A DNA stretch of 40,081 nt from Mycoplasmatota bacterium (GCA_022712785.1 JAFLJX010000213.1:1-40081), one strand, 5' to 3'. Shown: positions 1 to 9,775, numbered from the stretch's first letter. Notes: generated by a model from the sequence alone, not told the origin. A program made the numbers and translations.

Positions 1-349
1 CACAAATCTTAGGCTTTGGCGCCTTGTGAATCAAACCCTCCATCCTCTGTATCTGATGCCTGCCATAGAGACCGGCTGCCACCACAATCACCAGGGTATA
101 AGAAAGGATGACCCAGGTTTCCCGGCGGAACTTTTTTTTCCTATCTGGTGAAAAGCCCATGTAAACAAATAAGTGGGCCAGGGTAAGATTGCTAAGCACA
201 ATTACAAAAGAGATGCCCAAAACCCCTGTCAAATCCGCCATCTGAACCAGGATCTGGTTTAAATACTGGCTATAGCCCAGTATGCCCCAGGGAAATCCCG
301 TGAGGGCATGGGTCCGGATATATTCCAACCCGACCCAGATACCGCTGAG
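1..349 (-). pseudogene. lnt: Internal fragment of an apolipoprotein N-acyltransferase (Lnt)-like gene. It is 5'-truncated at a compositional junction, and its 3' end runs off the window.
   Basis: My own minus-strand translation from 361 down to 1 has no stop: IIKFLSGIWVGLEYIRTHALTGFPWGILGYSQYLNQILVQMADLTGVLGISFVIVLSN...RKKKFRRETWVILSYTLVIVVAAGLYG...KAPKPKIC. The LTGFPW-x3-GYSQ signature and the following TM segments match the Lnt membrane domain. An in-frame stop lies at 362-364, and the ~130 N-terminal residues expected upstream are absent. G+C is 51/100 in bases 1-100. Confidence 0.65.
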
Positions 350-633
350 GAATTTGATGATTTATATAAAGAAATTGGTAACAGTAAAGAAAAGTTTTTT
401 GATAAAATATTTAGATAACTTATTATTTATGAATGATAAAGAAATTTTTTCCATAAAGACGAAGTTTACTCCAAGACATTACAATGGTAATTACTAATCA
501 GGATTTAGTCTGGTTTTAGATTTCATAACTCATGAATTAGAGACTATTATGAACGTTGTTGAGCTTTTACATTATTATGTGTATGCTTCTGCTATTTGAA
601 AGCATAAATAGAAAAGAAAACAATTTTAGGAAA

Positions 634-666
634 ACACAATAGATTATTAATCTGTTGTGTTTTTTA
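634..666 (+). terminator. Rho-independent terminator-like hairpin with no complete plus-strand gene upstream.
   Basis: ACACAATAGATT (634-645), loop ATT, AATCTGTTGTGT (649-660). This gives a 12-bp stem with one G-U pair, followed by TTTTT. Confidence 0.5.
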
Positions 667-688
667 TGTGTGCCGGGCATGGAACACA

Positions 689-725
689 TAAAAAAGACCC
701 CCTCACATCATGTGTGAGAAGATCT
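689..725 (-). terminator. Intrinsic terminator downstream of fhs.
   Basis: On the minus strand, AGATCTTCTCACA / loop CATGA / TGTGAGGGGGTCT form a 13-bp stem (3 G-U pairs), followed by TTTTTT. Confidence 0.6.
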
Positions 726-782
726 CTCTATTTTTTTTTAACTGAATGACATTGGGACGAAATGTCCTTTTTAGTTATTTAT

Positions 783-2456
783 TTAGAATAATCCTTGAGC
801 GTTCCCATCTTTGTCAATGTCCATAGCAAGCGCTGAAGGTATTTTTGGTAATCCAGGCATTGTCATAACATCACCAGTTAAAGCAACTATGAATCCTGCA
901 CCTATTGAAGGTCTTAATTCTTTAACATTTATTATGAAACCTTCAGGTCTACCTAATAATTTAGGGTTATCACTTAAACTGTATTGAGTTTTAGCCATAC
1001 AAACATCTAAACTATTCCAACCTAATTTTTTAAATCTTCTAAGTTGTATTTTAGCCGCTCCAGAGAATTCAACTCCAGCAGCTCCATATACTTTTGTACA
1101 AACTTTTTCTATTTTCTCAGCAATAGTGTCTTCATCATTATACATTCTAGTAAAGTTATTAGGTTTTGTGTTAATTTCGTTGATAACTTTTTTAGCTAAA
1201 TCAACTGCACCTTCTCCACCTTTTTCCCAAACCTCACTTAATGACCAAGGATGACCGTTACTTTCTAAGAAGTCAGCTAATGCATTTGTTTCAGCATCAG
1301 TATCTGTAATGAAACTATTGATAGCTACAACATAAGGAACTTTAAATTGTTGTATGTTTTCAATATGTTTTTGTAAGTTAGAAAGCCCTTTAATTAGTGC
1401 TTCAACGTTTTCAGGTCCTAATTCCTTTTTCTTAACTCCACCATGCATTTTAAGTGCTCTTATTGTAGCAACTATAACAACTGCAGCAGGTTTAAATCCA
1501 GCTTGTTTAGCTTTAATATCTAAGAATTTTTCAGCACCTAAATCAGCACCAAATCCAGCTTCAGTAATAACATACTTAGCTAGTTTTCTACCCATGTTTG
1601 TTGCGATAATACTGTTACATCCATGTGCTATATTAGCAAATGGTCCCCCGTGAATTAATGCTGGTGTGTTTTCTAAAGTTTGAACTAAGTTTGGTTTAAC
1701 TGCATCTTTTAAAATTAATGCAATAGAACCTTCAATTTGTAAATCCCCTATAGTTAATGGAATTCTATCATATGTATATCCAAATACTATTCTTCTAACT
1801 CTGTTTTTTAGATCTTCTAGGTCTTTTGCTAAACATAAAACAGCCATTATTTCTGATGCAACTGAAATATTAAATCCATCTTGTCTTGGAAGAGAATTTC
1901 CTATTCCACCAAGTCCAATAACGATCTCTCTTAAAGCTCTATCATTCATGTCTATTGCTCTTTTCCAAGAAATTCTTCTTGGATCAATGTTTAACTCATT
2001 ACCTTGATGAATATGATTATCAATTATTGCACTTATAGCATTATTAGCTGTTGTAATTGCATGAATATCTCCTGTAAAGTGTAAATTTAGATCTTCCATA
2101 GGTACAACTTGTGCGTATCCTCCACCAGCTGCTCCACCTTTAACACCCATTACTGGTCCAAACGATGGTTCTCTTAAAGCGATAATACAATCTTCTCCAA
2201 TTTTAGTAAAAGCTTGTCCTAAGCCAACTGTAGTAGTAGATTTACCTTCTCCAGCAGGAGTAGGATTAATTGCTGTTACTAAAATAACTTTCCCATCTTC
2301 TTTTCCTTCTAATTTTTTCATAACGCTTAAATCAATTTTTGCTTTATAGTTACCATAAAGCTCAATATCATCTTCAGATAAGCCAAGTCTTGCAGCTATA
2401 TCTACAATTTTATCCATTTTAGCACTCTGTGCTATTTTTAAATCAACATTTTCCAT
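783..2456 (-). CDS. fhs: Formate--tetrahydrofolate ligase.
   Basis: ORF 783..2471. The [14 protein letters not shown] nucleotide-binding motif and overall length are typical of FTHFS. I moved the start to the second ATG (MENVDLK) because GGAGGT lies 7 nt upstream of it. Confidence 0.93.
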   Translation of the reverse strand: MENVDLKIAQSAKMDKIVDIAARLGLSEDDIELYGNYKAKIDLSVMKKLEGKEDGKVILVTAINPTPAGEGKSTTTVGLGQAFTKIGEDCIIALREPSFGPVMGVKGGAAGGGYAQVVPMEDLNLHFTGDIHAITTANNAISAIIDNHIHQGNELNIDPRRISWKRAIDMNDRALREIVIGLGGIGNSLPRQDGFNISVASEIMAVLCLAKDLEDLKNRVRRIVFGYTYDRIPLTIGDLQIEGSIALILKDAVKPNLVQTLENTPALIHGGPFANIAHGCNSIIATNMGRKLAKYVITEAGFGADLGAEKFLDIKAKQAGFKPAAVVIVATIRALKMHGGVKKKELGPENVEALIKGLSNLQKHIENIQQFKVPYVVAINSFITDTDAETNALADFLESNGHPWSLSEVWEKGGEGAVDLAKKVINEINTKPNNFTRMYNDEDTIAEKIEKVCTKVYGAAGVEFSGAAKIQLRRFKKLGWNSLDVCMAKTQYSLSDNPKLLGRPEGFIINVKELRPSIGAGFIVALTGDVMTMPGLPKIPSALAMDIDKDGNAQGLF

Positions 2457-2612
2457 AAATTTTACCTCCATTTATATTTAAGTATCTATATATGATTTTT
2501 ACACAAACTAATTAAAAATGCAATAAAAATTGTAAAACGCTTACAAAATTATACCTAACTTTTTAAATGAAAATATAGTATAATGGAAACACAAGAAAAA
2601 ATAGGTGATAAA

Positions 2613-3446
2613 ATGAATATTGGAGTAGTAGGAATTGGCTTGATAGGTGGGTCTTATGCTAAAGCCCTTAAAAAATATCCTTATACAATTTATGGCATTG
2701 ATAATAGCCAAGAAACGTTAGATTATGCACTTAACAACAATATAATTGATATAGGAACTTCAACCCCATCTGAAATCTTAAAAGATTTAGATGTTGTTTT
2801 TCTATGTTTATATCCTAATGAAGCAGTAAAGTTTGTAAGAGATAATATAAACTTCTTTAAAAGGGGAGCAATTATTTCTGATGTTGTAGGCGTAAAGCGA
2901 TTTATGATAAACAGTTTAGACATTTACTTTAATGATGAAGTTGAATTTGTGTTTGCTCATCCAATAGCGGGTAGAGAAACAATTGGCATAAAACATTCTA
3001 ACGAAGCTATTTTCCATAATGCCAACTTTGTAATAACTCCAACAAAACATAATAAAGAAGAATCAATTAACCTAATTAAAACTTTAGCGAAACAAATGGG
3101 ATTTAAAAATGTTTCTCTAGTATCTGATGTTCAGCACGATGAGATAATATCGTTCACATCTCAATTAACCCATGTAATAGCTCTGTCTTTAGTTAATAGC
3201 GATGAAGAAAAATACGATACAAGCATGTTTATTGGTGATTCTTATAAGGATTTAACAAGAATAGCAATGATAAACGATACTTTATGGGCAGAGCTATTTT
3301 TAAAAAATAAAGATTTCTTATTAAAACAAATAAATAAATTTGAGAATCAACTTGATATATTAAAAGATGCAATAATGGCAAAAGATATTAATAAGATTCA
3401 AGAATTAATGAGATCAGCAACAAAAAAAAGGGAGAAGATAAAATGA
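2613..3446 (+). CDS. tyrA: Prephenate dehydrogenase.
   Basis: ORF 2583..3446. It has an N-terminal Rossmann motif VVGIGLIGGS and is the first gene of an aro cluster. The start is set to ATG 2613 (AGGTGA 4 nt upstream), because the 2583 ATG overlaps a TATAAT-like hexamer. Confidence 0.8.
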   Translation: MNIGVVGIGLIGGSYAKALKKYPYTIYGIDNSQETLDYALNNNIIDIGTSTPSEILKDLDVVFLCLYPNEAVKFVRDNINFFKRGAIISDVVGVKRFMINSLDIYFNDEVEFVFAHPIAGRETIGIKHSNEAIFHNANFVITPTKHNKEESINLIKTLAKQMGFKNVSLVSDVQHDEIISFTSQLTHVIALSLVNSDEEKYDTSMFIGDSYKDLTRIAMINDTLWAELFLKNKDFLLKQINKFENQLDILKDAIMAKDINKIQELMRSATKKREKIK

Positions 3447-4720
3447 ATAAAAAGCTTGATTTAATGCTGTTTCCCTCTATTTTGAAGGGTGAATTAAAAG
3501 CCCCACCTTCAAAAAGTTTATCCCACAGAGCTTTAATTTGTGCTGCACTTGCAAAAGGTGAAAGTGTAATAACTAACATTGTATATTCTGATGACGTTCT
3601 AGCCACTATGAATGCGTTAGAATTAATGGGTGCTAAGTTTGAAAAATACAATGAGAAATTGATTGTTCATGGTACAAGAAGAATAAAAGCCCCCCATAAC
3701 CCTATAAACTGTAATGAGTCAGGAAGTACTTTAAGATTTTTAATCCCAGTATTCTCATTGTCTGGTAAAAAAATATCTTTTACAGGTAATCCTAGTTTAA
3801 TAAAACGACCTCAATCAATATATAAAAAAATATTCATTGAGGATAAAAATACATTCGAATTAAAAAACAATAAAATAATGGTAAACGGCTCAGTTACCGC
3901 CAGAGAATATATCTTAAAAGGTGATGTAAGTTCACAGTTTTTTACTGGTTTAATGTTTTCCTTACCGTTACTTAAAGAGGATTCTACAATATCAATAGAC
4001 GGACAATTAGAATCAAAAGGATATATTGACTTAACAATAAAAACTCTTGAAGAGTTTGGTGTGGAAATAGTAGAACTAGAAAACGGGTATTTCATTAAAG
4101 GTAACCAGTCCTATGAACCAACAAACTTTAATATTGAAGGAGACTACTCTCAAGGAGCGTTTTTCCTAGTTAGTGGTGTTCTTAATGGGAGAATTAAAGT
4201 AAGTGACTTAGAACACGAATCCTTCCAAGGTGACAAAGCAATTATTGATGTTATAAAGTCTATGAAAGGCAAAGTTATATTCATGGAAAACGGCTTTATT
4301 ACTGAACCCTCTTCAACAACAGGAACAACAATTGATTTATCAGATTTCCCTGATTTGGGTCCGATAATAGCTTTATTAGGTTGCCTAAGTATTGGGAAGA
4401 CAAGAATAATAAATGCTAGTAGACTAAGAATAAAAGAATCCGATAGAATAGACTCAACAGTTAGAACACTAAAAAAACTTGGTGCTAATATAAGTTCCAC
4501 CAAAGATGAAATCACTATTAAAGGTAGAAGAACTTTAAAAGGTGGAGTAACAGTAGATTCACATAACGATCATAGAATAGCAATGATGGTAAGTATTGCT
4601 GCTGCTTTATCCGAAGAACAAGTAATTCTTACAAACGCAAACGCTGTAAGTAAGTCATATCCCAACTTCTTTGAAGATTATAAAAGTGTTGGAGGAAAAC
4701 TAAAGACTATAAAGGAATGA
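3443..4720 (+). CDS. aroA: 3-phosphoshikimate 1-carboxyvinyltransferase (EPSP synthase).
   Basis: PPSKSLSHRALICAALA N-terminal signature, 425 aa. The ATGA start/stop overlap with tyrA suggests translational coupling. Confidence 0.93.
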   Translation: MNKKLDLMLFPSILKGELKAPPSKSLSHRALICAALAKGESVITNIVYSDDVLATMNALELMGAKFEKYNEKLIVHGTRRIKAPHNPINCNESGSTLRFLIPVFSLSGKKISFTGNPSLIKRPQSIYKKIFIEDKNTFELKNNKIMVNGSVTAREYILKGDVSSQFFTGLMFSLPLLKEDSTISIDGQLESKGYIDLTIKTLEEFGVEIVELENGYFIKGNQSYEPTNFNIEGDYSQGAFFLVSGVLNGRIKVSDLEHESFQGDKAIIDVIKSMKGKVIFMENGFITEPSSTTGTTIDLSDFPDLGPIIALLGCLSIGKTRIINASRLRIKESDRIDSTVRTLKKLGANISSTKDEITIKGRRTLKGGVTVDSHNDHRIAMMVSIAAALSEEQVILTNANAVSKSYPNFFEDYKSVGGKLKTIKE

Positions 4721-4724
4721 TATT

Positions 4725-5726
4725 ATGAAGACCATAGAAATTAACATACCAAATAAAGAATATAAAGTTCATATAAATAACGGACTTCTTTATGATATCG
4801 ATAAATATATTGATGTAAATCGTGAGATAGTTATTATCACAGATGATTTTATTCCTAAAGAGTATCTTGAGATACTAAAAACTAAAATCGCAATCCCGCT
4901 TATTTTCGAGGTTCCTATGGGAGAGTCATCAAAGTCAATAGATATTGCTTATTCAATAATAAATGAGATGATAAAAGAGAATATTTCTAGAGGGGCATTA
5001 ATAATTGCACTCGGTGGGGGAGTTATTGGTGATTTAACTGGATTTATTGCAAGTGTTTATATGAGAGGAATTGATTATATTCAAATCCCCACAACCCTAT
5101 TATCACAGATAGATAGTAGTGTTGGAGGTAAGGTAGGTATAAATTCTGAAGCTATGAAAAACTCTATTGGTGCATTTTATCAGCCAAAAGTAGTTTTAAT
5201 AGATCCCAAAACATTAAATACCCTTTCAGAAAAAGAATTCAACAACGGAATGGCTGAAATGATAAAGTATGGATTAATCGCAGATAAATCCCTGTTTTAC
5301 GACATTTTAGAAAAGGATGTTAAAGAAAATATAGATTACTATATAAGTAAATGTGTTGAAATAAAAAGAAATGTGGTTGTAAATGATGAGTTCGATACTG
5401 GAATAAGACAATTGCTTAATTTTGGACACACAATTGGACATGCTATTGAACAAGATTCAAAATACGGATTATTACATGGTGAAGCTGTTTCCATAGGAAT
5501 GAGCTTAATGTCATTAAATACGACCTATCAAAAAGATTTAGTAAAGACTTTGAATAAATATAGTTTGCCGTTGAATTATAAATATGATTTAGAAATAATC
5601 TATAATTTCATTAAAACAGACAAAAAAGTTAACAATAATAAACTTAATATTATAGTAGTAGAAGAAGTAGGAAACGGCCTAATTAAGACAATTGATTTAG
5701 AAGATATTAAAAAATATTTGAGGTGA
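4725..5726 (+). CDS. aroB: 3-dehydroquinate synthase.
   Basis: GGGVIGDLTGFIA glycine-rich motif and HGEAV metal-site context; operon position. Confidence 0.88.
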   Translation: MKTIEINIPNKEYKVHINNGLLYDIDKYIDVNREIVIITDDFIPKEYLEILKTKIAIPLIFEVPMGESSKSIDIAYSIINEMIKENISRGALIIALGGGVIGDLTGFIASVYMRGIDYIQIPTTLLSQIDSSVGGKVGINSEAMKNSIGAFYQPKVVLIDPKTLNTLSEKEFNNGMAEMIKYGLIADKSLFYDILEKDVKENIDYYISKCVEIKRNVVVNDEFDTGIRQLLNFGHTIGHAIEQDSKYGLLHGEAVSIGMSLMSLNTTYQKDLVKTLNKYSLPLNYKYDLEIIYNFIKTDKKVNNNKLNIIVVEEVGNGLIKTIDLEDIKKYLR

Positions 5727-5730
5727 TTAT

Positions 5731-6819
5731 ATGAGTACTTTTGGAAAAGCAATTGAAATAAATCTCTTTGGAGAATCACATGGTGACTCAATAGGTATCA
5801 TAATAAACAACTTACCCGCTGGAATTAAATTAGACTTTGCTAATATAGACCACGAACTCTATAAAAGACGCCCAAAATCGAATATATCCACTCCGAGGCA
5901 AGAAAAAGATGAATATAAAATCATAAGCGGTTATTATAATGACTATACTACTGGTACGCCATTAACCATTGTCATCGAAAATAAAGATACAAGATCAAAA
6001 GATTATTCTAATGATTTCTTAAGACCCTCTCACGCTGACTTCACTTCGCATGTAAAATATAATGGTTTTGAAGATTATAGAGGTTCTGGACATTTTAGTG
6101 GACGCATAACAACACCATTAGTTATTCTTGGTGCAATTTCAAATCAATTATTAAAACAAAAGGGAATTATCATCGGGTCTCACATTGATAGTATAAAAGA
6201 TATTGAAGATAATGAATTTAGTGATTACAAATCGTTTGAATCTATTCTTAAAACTCTTAATTCTAGTGATTTTCCGGTATTAAATGAAAACATAGTAAAG
6301 TCATATAAAGAAACAATTCTCAGAGCAAAAGAAAATAAAAACAGTGTTGGTGGTATCATTGAAACAATGATACTTGGATTGAATCCTGGCTATGGGAATC
6401 CATTCTTTAATTCTATTGAAAGTACTCTTGCACATTTACTATTTAGTGTCCCTGCTGTAAAGGGTGTAGAGTTTGGAAAAGGGTTTAGTATTACTAAACT
6501 ATGTGGTAGTGAAGCCAACGATGAGTTCTATATTGACAACAACACCATTAAAACAAGAACAAATAATTCCGGTGGAATACAAGGTGGTATTTCAAATGGA
6601 ATGCCTATTACATTTAAAACTGCAATTAAACCAACAGCTTCAATTGGGTTACCTCAAAAAACCGTAAACATAGATACTATGGAAGAAACATCCTTATCAC
6701 TTTTAGGAAGACACGACCCTGCAATAGTACATCGTGTAATTCACGTTATTAATGCAATGGCATCATATGCAACATTAGAAATTATTTGTCGAAACGAGGG
6801 CTTTTCATGGATAAAATAG
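5731..6819 (+). CDS. aroC: Chorismate synthase.
   Basis: FGESHG N-terminal signature, RPSHAD, GRHDP motifs; 362 aa. Confidence 0.93.
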   Translation: MSTFGKAIEINLFGESHGDSIGIIINNLPAGIKLDFANIDHELYKRRPKSNISTPRQEKDEYKIISGYYNDYTTGTPLTIVIENKDTRSKDYSNDFLRPSHADFTSHVKYNGFEDYRGSGHFSGRITTPLVILGAISNQLLKQKGIIIGSHIDSIKDIEDNEFSDYKSFESILKTLNSSDFPVLNENIVKSYKETILRAKENKNSVGGIIETMILGLNPGYGNPFFNSIESTLAHLLFSVPAVKGVEFGKGFSITKLCGSEANDEFYIDNNTIKTRTNNSGGIQGGISNGMPITFKTAIKPTASIGLPQKTVNIDTMEETSLSLLGRHDPAIVHRVIHVINAMASYATLEIICRNEGFSWIK

Positions 6820-7055
6820 AAGATTTAAGACAACAAATCGACATTATAGATGATGAATTAATGAAGTTATTAAGTAAAAGATACACTGTCTCGGAGAAAA
6901 TAGGGACAATTAAATCTATTTCAAAAATAGAAGTTTTAGATAAAAAAAGGGAAAATTACGTCCTAAGTAAAGCAAAGAAATATAACTATTCTCAACAACT
7001 TGAATTAGTTTATAAAACAATAATGAGCGAGAGCAAAAACATCCAAAAAAGGTAG
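6807..7055 (+). CDS. Chorismate mutase, AroQ class (stand-alone, ~82 aa).
   Basis: MDKIEDLRQQIDIIDDELMKLLSKRYTVSEKIGTIK matches the LRxxID-ID-L-LL-R helix 1 pattern of AroQ mutases. The start is set to the internal ATG (ORF track starts at 6786), which overlaps the aroC end by 13 nt. Confidence 0.72.
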   Translation: MDKIEDLRQQIDIIDDELMKLLSKRYTVSEKIGTIKSISKIEVLDKKRENYVLSKAKKYNYSQQLELVYKTIMSESKNIQKR

Positions 7056-7062
7056 TGTTTTT

Positions 7063-8322
7063 ATGTATGGACTTATAGGAAAGAAGTTATCACACAGTTT
7101 CTCAAAAGAAATTCATGAGAAGCTTCACAGTGAAACATATAATCTAATTGAACTTGATCAATTAGATGATTTTTTCAAGTCCAAACAATTTAACGGATTA
7201 AATGTAACTATCCCTTATAAACAAAGTGTTATAAAATATATTGATTTTTGCAGCAATATCGTAAAAGAAACTAACTCAGTTAATACAATAATCAATAAAG
7301 GTGGTTTCTTGCATGGTTACAATACAGACTATACAGGATTAGAATTTTTACTTAACCATTATAATATAACTATAAAAAATAAAACCATTCTAATACTAGG
7401 AAACGGTGCAACAAGTAGGACAGTGGAAGTTTTATGTAATAATCTTGGATCAAAAAAAGTTATAAAGGCAGCTAGAAATCCAAAAGATAAAGAAGTGTTA
7501 TTTTCGGAACTAAATAAATATAACCACGCCAATGTTGTGATTAACGCTACACCAAACGGTATGTATCCAAATAACAACGATGATTTGTTGATTGATTTAG
7601 AACAATTCAGTAATCTGAGTGCCGTGGTTGATTTAGTATATAATCCCCTAGAGACTAAACTTATTTCAAAAGCAAAGTCATTGAATGTATTGGGGGTAAA
7701 TGGCTTAATGATGCTAGTTAGTCAAGCTGTTCACTCTTGTGAGTTATTCCATAATCAAAAATATAAAAGTTTTGTAACAATAGATATTTACAAAAGTATA
7801 TTGTTTAATATGCTAAATTTCGTTCTTATAGGAATGCCTATGAGCGGAAAGTCCTTTTATGCTAGATCGATATCCCGTGCATTTAATAAGAAGATTACTG
7901 ATATTGATTTAGAAATTAAACACAAGGTTGGTATGAGTATCCCAAAAATCTTTAAAACACAAGGAGAAAATCAATTTAGAAAGATTGAAACAGAAATAAT
8001 AAAAAATATTTCCAAAGACCTTAAACAAGCCATTTCCACTGGAGGAGGTTCTATTCTAAATGCAAAAAACATAGACTATCTACGTCAGAATGGTATAATA
8101 ATATTCTTAGATGCCTCATTAAATGTACTTAAGGGAATGAATCCTAGAAATAGACCGTTGTTAAAAAATCCCAACAATTTGGAAAAATTATATAGTGATC
8201 GACATCATTTGTATAAAAAATATGCTGATATCACTATTGAAAAATTAGTAATGGATGAAAAGATAGTTTTAAAAATGATCGAGGTGAAAATAGATGAATA
8301 TATTAATACTAAATGGTCCTAA
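7063..8322 (+). CDS. aroE/aroK: Bifunctional shikimate dehydrogenase / shikimate kinase fusion.
   Basis: The N-terminal ~250 aa has LIG..L.HS.S and NVTIPYK, plus the GNGATSR dinucleotide fold (AroE). The C-terminal ~165 aa starts NFVLIGMPMSGKS (Walker A) and continues TGGGSIL...NRPLL (AroK). It is one uninterrupted 419-aa ORF. Confidence 0.85.
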   Translation: MYGLIGKKLSHSFSKEIHEKLHSETYNLIELDQLDDFFKSKQFNGLNVTIPYKQSVIKYIDFCSNIVKETNSVNTIINKGGFLHGYNTDYTGLEFLLNHYNITIKNKTILILGNGATSRTVEVLCNNLGSKKVIKAARNPKDKEVLFSELNKYNHANVVINATPNGMYPNNNDDLLIDLEQFSNLSAVVDLVYNPLETKLISKAKSLNVLGVNGLMMLVSQAVHSCELFHNQKYKSFVTIDIYKSILFNMLNFVLIGMPMSGKSFYARSISRAFNKKITDIDLEIKHKVGMSIPKIFKTQGENQFRKIETEIIKNISKDLKQAISTGGGSILNAKNIDYLRQNGIIIFLDASLNVLKGMNPRNRPLLKNPNNLEKLYSDRHHLYKKYADITIEKLVMDEKIVLKMIEVKIDEYINTKWS

Positions 8323-8731
8323 TTTGAACATGATTGGTATTAGAGAACCTGAAGTATATGGGTATAAAACATATTCAGATTTAGAAGATTATTTAAATGG
8401 ATTAAAGTCTAAATATTCAATCAAATTAGATATAAAGCAATCAAATTTAGAAGGTATTCTTATAGACTTATTGCATTATGGTAATGACAGATTTGATGGA
8501 GTGATACTCAATGCTGGAGCCTTTACCCATTATTCTTATGCATTGTATGACGCTATAAAGTCTATTCAAATACCGGTTGTAGAAGTACATTTGTCTGACA
8601 TCACAAAAAGAGAAGAGTTTAGAAAAATATCAGTAATAAAAGATGCATGTGTAACAAGTATTATGGGACTAGGATTTCAGAGCTATGAAGAAGGAATTAA
8701 ATTTTTATTGAAAGAGGGTATAAATAAATGA
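8294..8731 (+). CDS. aroQ: 3-dehydroquinate dehydratase, type II.
   Basis: MNILILNGPNLNMIGIREPEVYG is the canonical type II DHQase N-terminus; 145 aa. It overlaps the aroE/aroK end by 29 nt, with GAGGTGA upstream. Confidence 0.9.
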   Translation: MNILILNGPNLNMIGIREPEVYGYKTYSDLEDYLNGLKSKYSIKLDIKQSNLEGILIDLLHYGNDRFDGVILNAGAFTHYSYALYDAIKSIQIPVVEVHLSDITKREEFRKISVIKDACVTSIMGLGFQSYEEGIKFLLKEGINK

Positions 8732-9741
8732 TAGTTAAAATAAAAAAGAATGCAGAAAAAAAGAATATTGACGAACTCTTACAACATTTAGAGAATAAAG
8801 GGTTTGATATTCACTCTAGTTTTGGTGAATCGGTTGAAATTTATGGTGTTGTCGGTGATACAGCAGCATTTGATATTAGAAGTTTATACGCATATGCATG
8901 CGTTGAGAGTGTTATTCGTATCCAGGAACCATTTAAAAAGGTAAACCGTAAGATTAAGAGCGAAGACACAATAATCGATGTAAAGGGTGTTTTAATAGGT
9001 GGTAACAACGTTGTTGTAATGGCTGGACCATGTAGTGTTGAATCATATGAACAAGTTGAAATAATCGCTAAATCAGTTAAAGAATCTGGTGCAACTATAT
9101 TACGTGGTGGAGCGTTTAAACCACGTACATCACCTTATGCTTTCCAAGGTATGGGTGTTGAAGGATTAAAAATATTAAGAAATGTTGGAGATAAATATGG
9201 TTTACCAATTGTTTCTGAATTGATGGACACTAAACATATTGATGATTTTGTTAAATATGTAGATATAATTCAAATAGGTGCAAGAAATATGCAGAATTTT
9301 GCTTTGTTAAAAGAACTGGGTAAAATTAATACTCCTATCTTATTAAAAAGAGGATTTGCAAACACTATTGAAGAATGGTTAATGAGTGCTGAGTACATAA
9401 TGTCAGGTGGTAACGAAAATGTTATCTTATGTGAACGAGGTATCCGTACTTTTGAACCTTATACTAGAAATACATTAGATATTTCTACAATTCCTGTAAT
9501 CAAAAAACTAAGCCATTTACCAATAGTTATAGATCCATCTCATGCAGCTGGGAAATGGGATTTAGTTGAGAGTTTATCTTTAGCTAGCGTTGCAGGTGGT
9601 GCTGATGGATTAATCATTGAAGTGCACCATAAACCAGAAGAAGCTATGAGTGATGGTGCACAATCTTTAAAACCTAAAAAATTTGAAGATTTAATTATTA
9701 AAGCACGTTTAATTGCTGAAGCAATAGATAAAACAATATAG
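8728..9741 (+). CDS. aroF: 3-deoxy-7-phosphoheptulonate (DAHP) synthase, type I-beta, with an N-terminal ferredoxin-like regulatory domain.
   Basis: AGPCSVES, KPRTSPY and DPSH motifs are present. A ~75-aa N-terminal extension (MIVKIKKNAEKKNIDELL...VVGD) matches the Thermotoga-type regulated enzymes; 337 aa. Confidence 0.88.
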   Translation: MIVKIKKNAEKKNIDELLQHLENKGFDIHSSFGESVEIYGVVGDTAAFDIRSLYAYACVESVIRIQEPFKKVNRKIKSEDTIIDVKGVLIGGNNVVVMAGPCSVESYEQVEIIAKSVKESGATILRGGAFKPRTSPYAFQGMGVEGLKILRNVGDKYGLPIVSELMDTKHIDDFVKYVDIIQIGARNMQNFALLKELGKINTPILLKRGFANTIEEWLMSAEYIMSGGNENVILCERGIRTFEPYTRNTLDISTIPVIKKLSHLPIVIDPSHAAGKWDLVESLSLASVAGGADGLIIEVHHKPEEAMSDGAQSLKPKKFEDLIIKARLIAEAIDKTI

Positions 9742-9744
9742 GAA

Positions 9745-9775
9745 AAAGATTATCCATCCGGATAATCTTTTTTTA
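9745..9775. terminator. Bidirectional intrinsic terminator between the aro operon (+) and nrdG (-).
   Basis: AAAGATTATCC (9745-9755) / loop ATCC / GGATAATCTTT (9760-9770) form a perfect 11-bp stem. The stem is flanked by an A-run on the 5' side and a T-run on the 3' side, so it reads as hairpin plus U-tract on both strands. Confidence 0.75.

Noticed and set aside
282-497. 71-aa plus-strand ORF from the track (MPQGNPVRAW...).
   Set aside because: It spans the GC-rich/AT-rich junction at ~350. Its first half is antisense to the well-supported Lnt-like frame. It has no RBS and no recognisable motifs, so it is most likely an artefact of the join.
748-776. A hairpin (GACATT/AATGTC plus T5) next to the fhs stop, as the fhs terminator.
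   Set aside because: The T-tract is on the plus strand only and the stem is just 6 bp. The 13-bp hairpin at 689-725 is correctly oriented for fhs.
1354-1653. 99-aa ORF antisense to fhs. The same applies to the similar antisense ORFs at 2723-2923, 3811-4095, 4150-4515, 14076-14396, 16807-17109, 17830-18153, 28469-28846, 30716-30898, 34316-34588 and 36133-36330.
   Set aside because: Each lies entirely inside a strongly supported conserved gene on the opposite strand. None has an SD sequence, and the compositions are low-complexity and Ser/Leu/Ile-rich, as is typical of antisense frames in AT-rich DNA.
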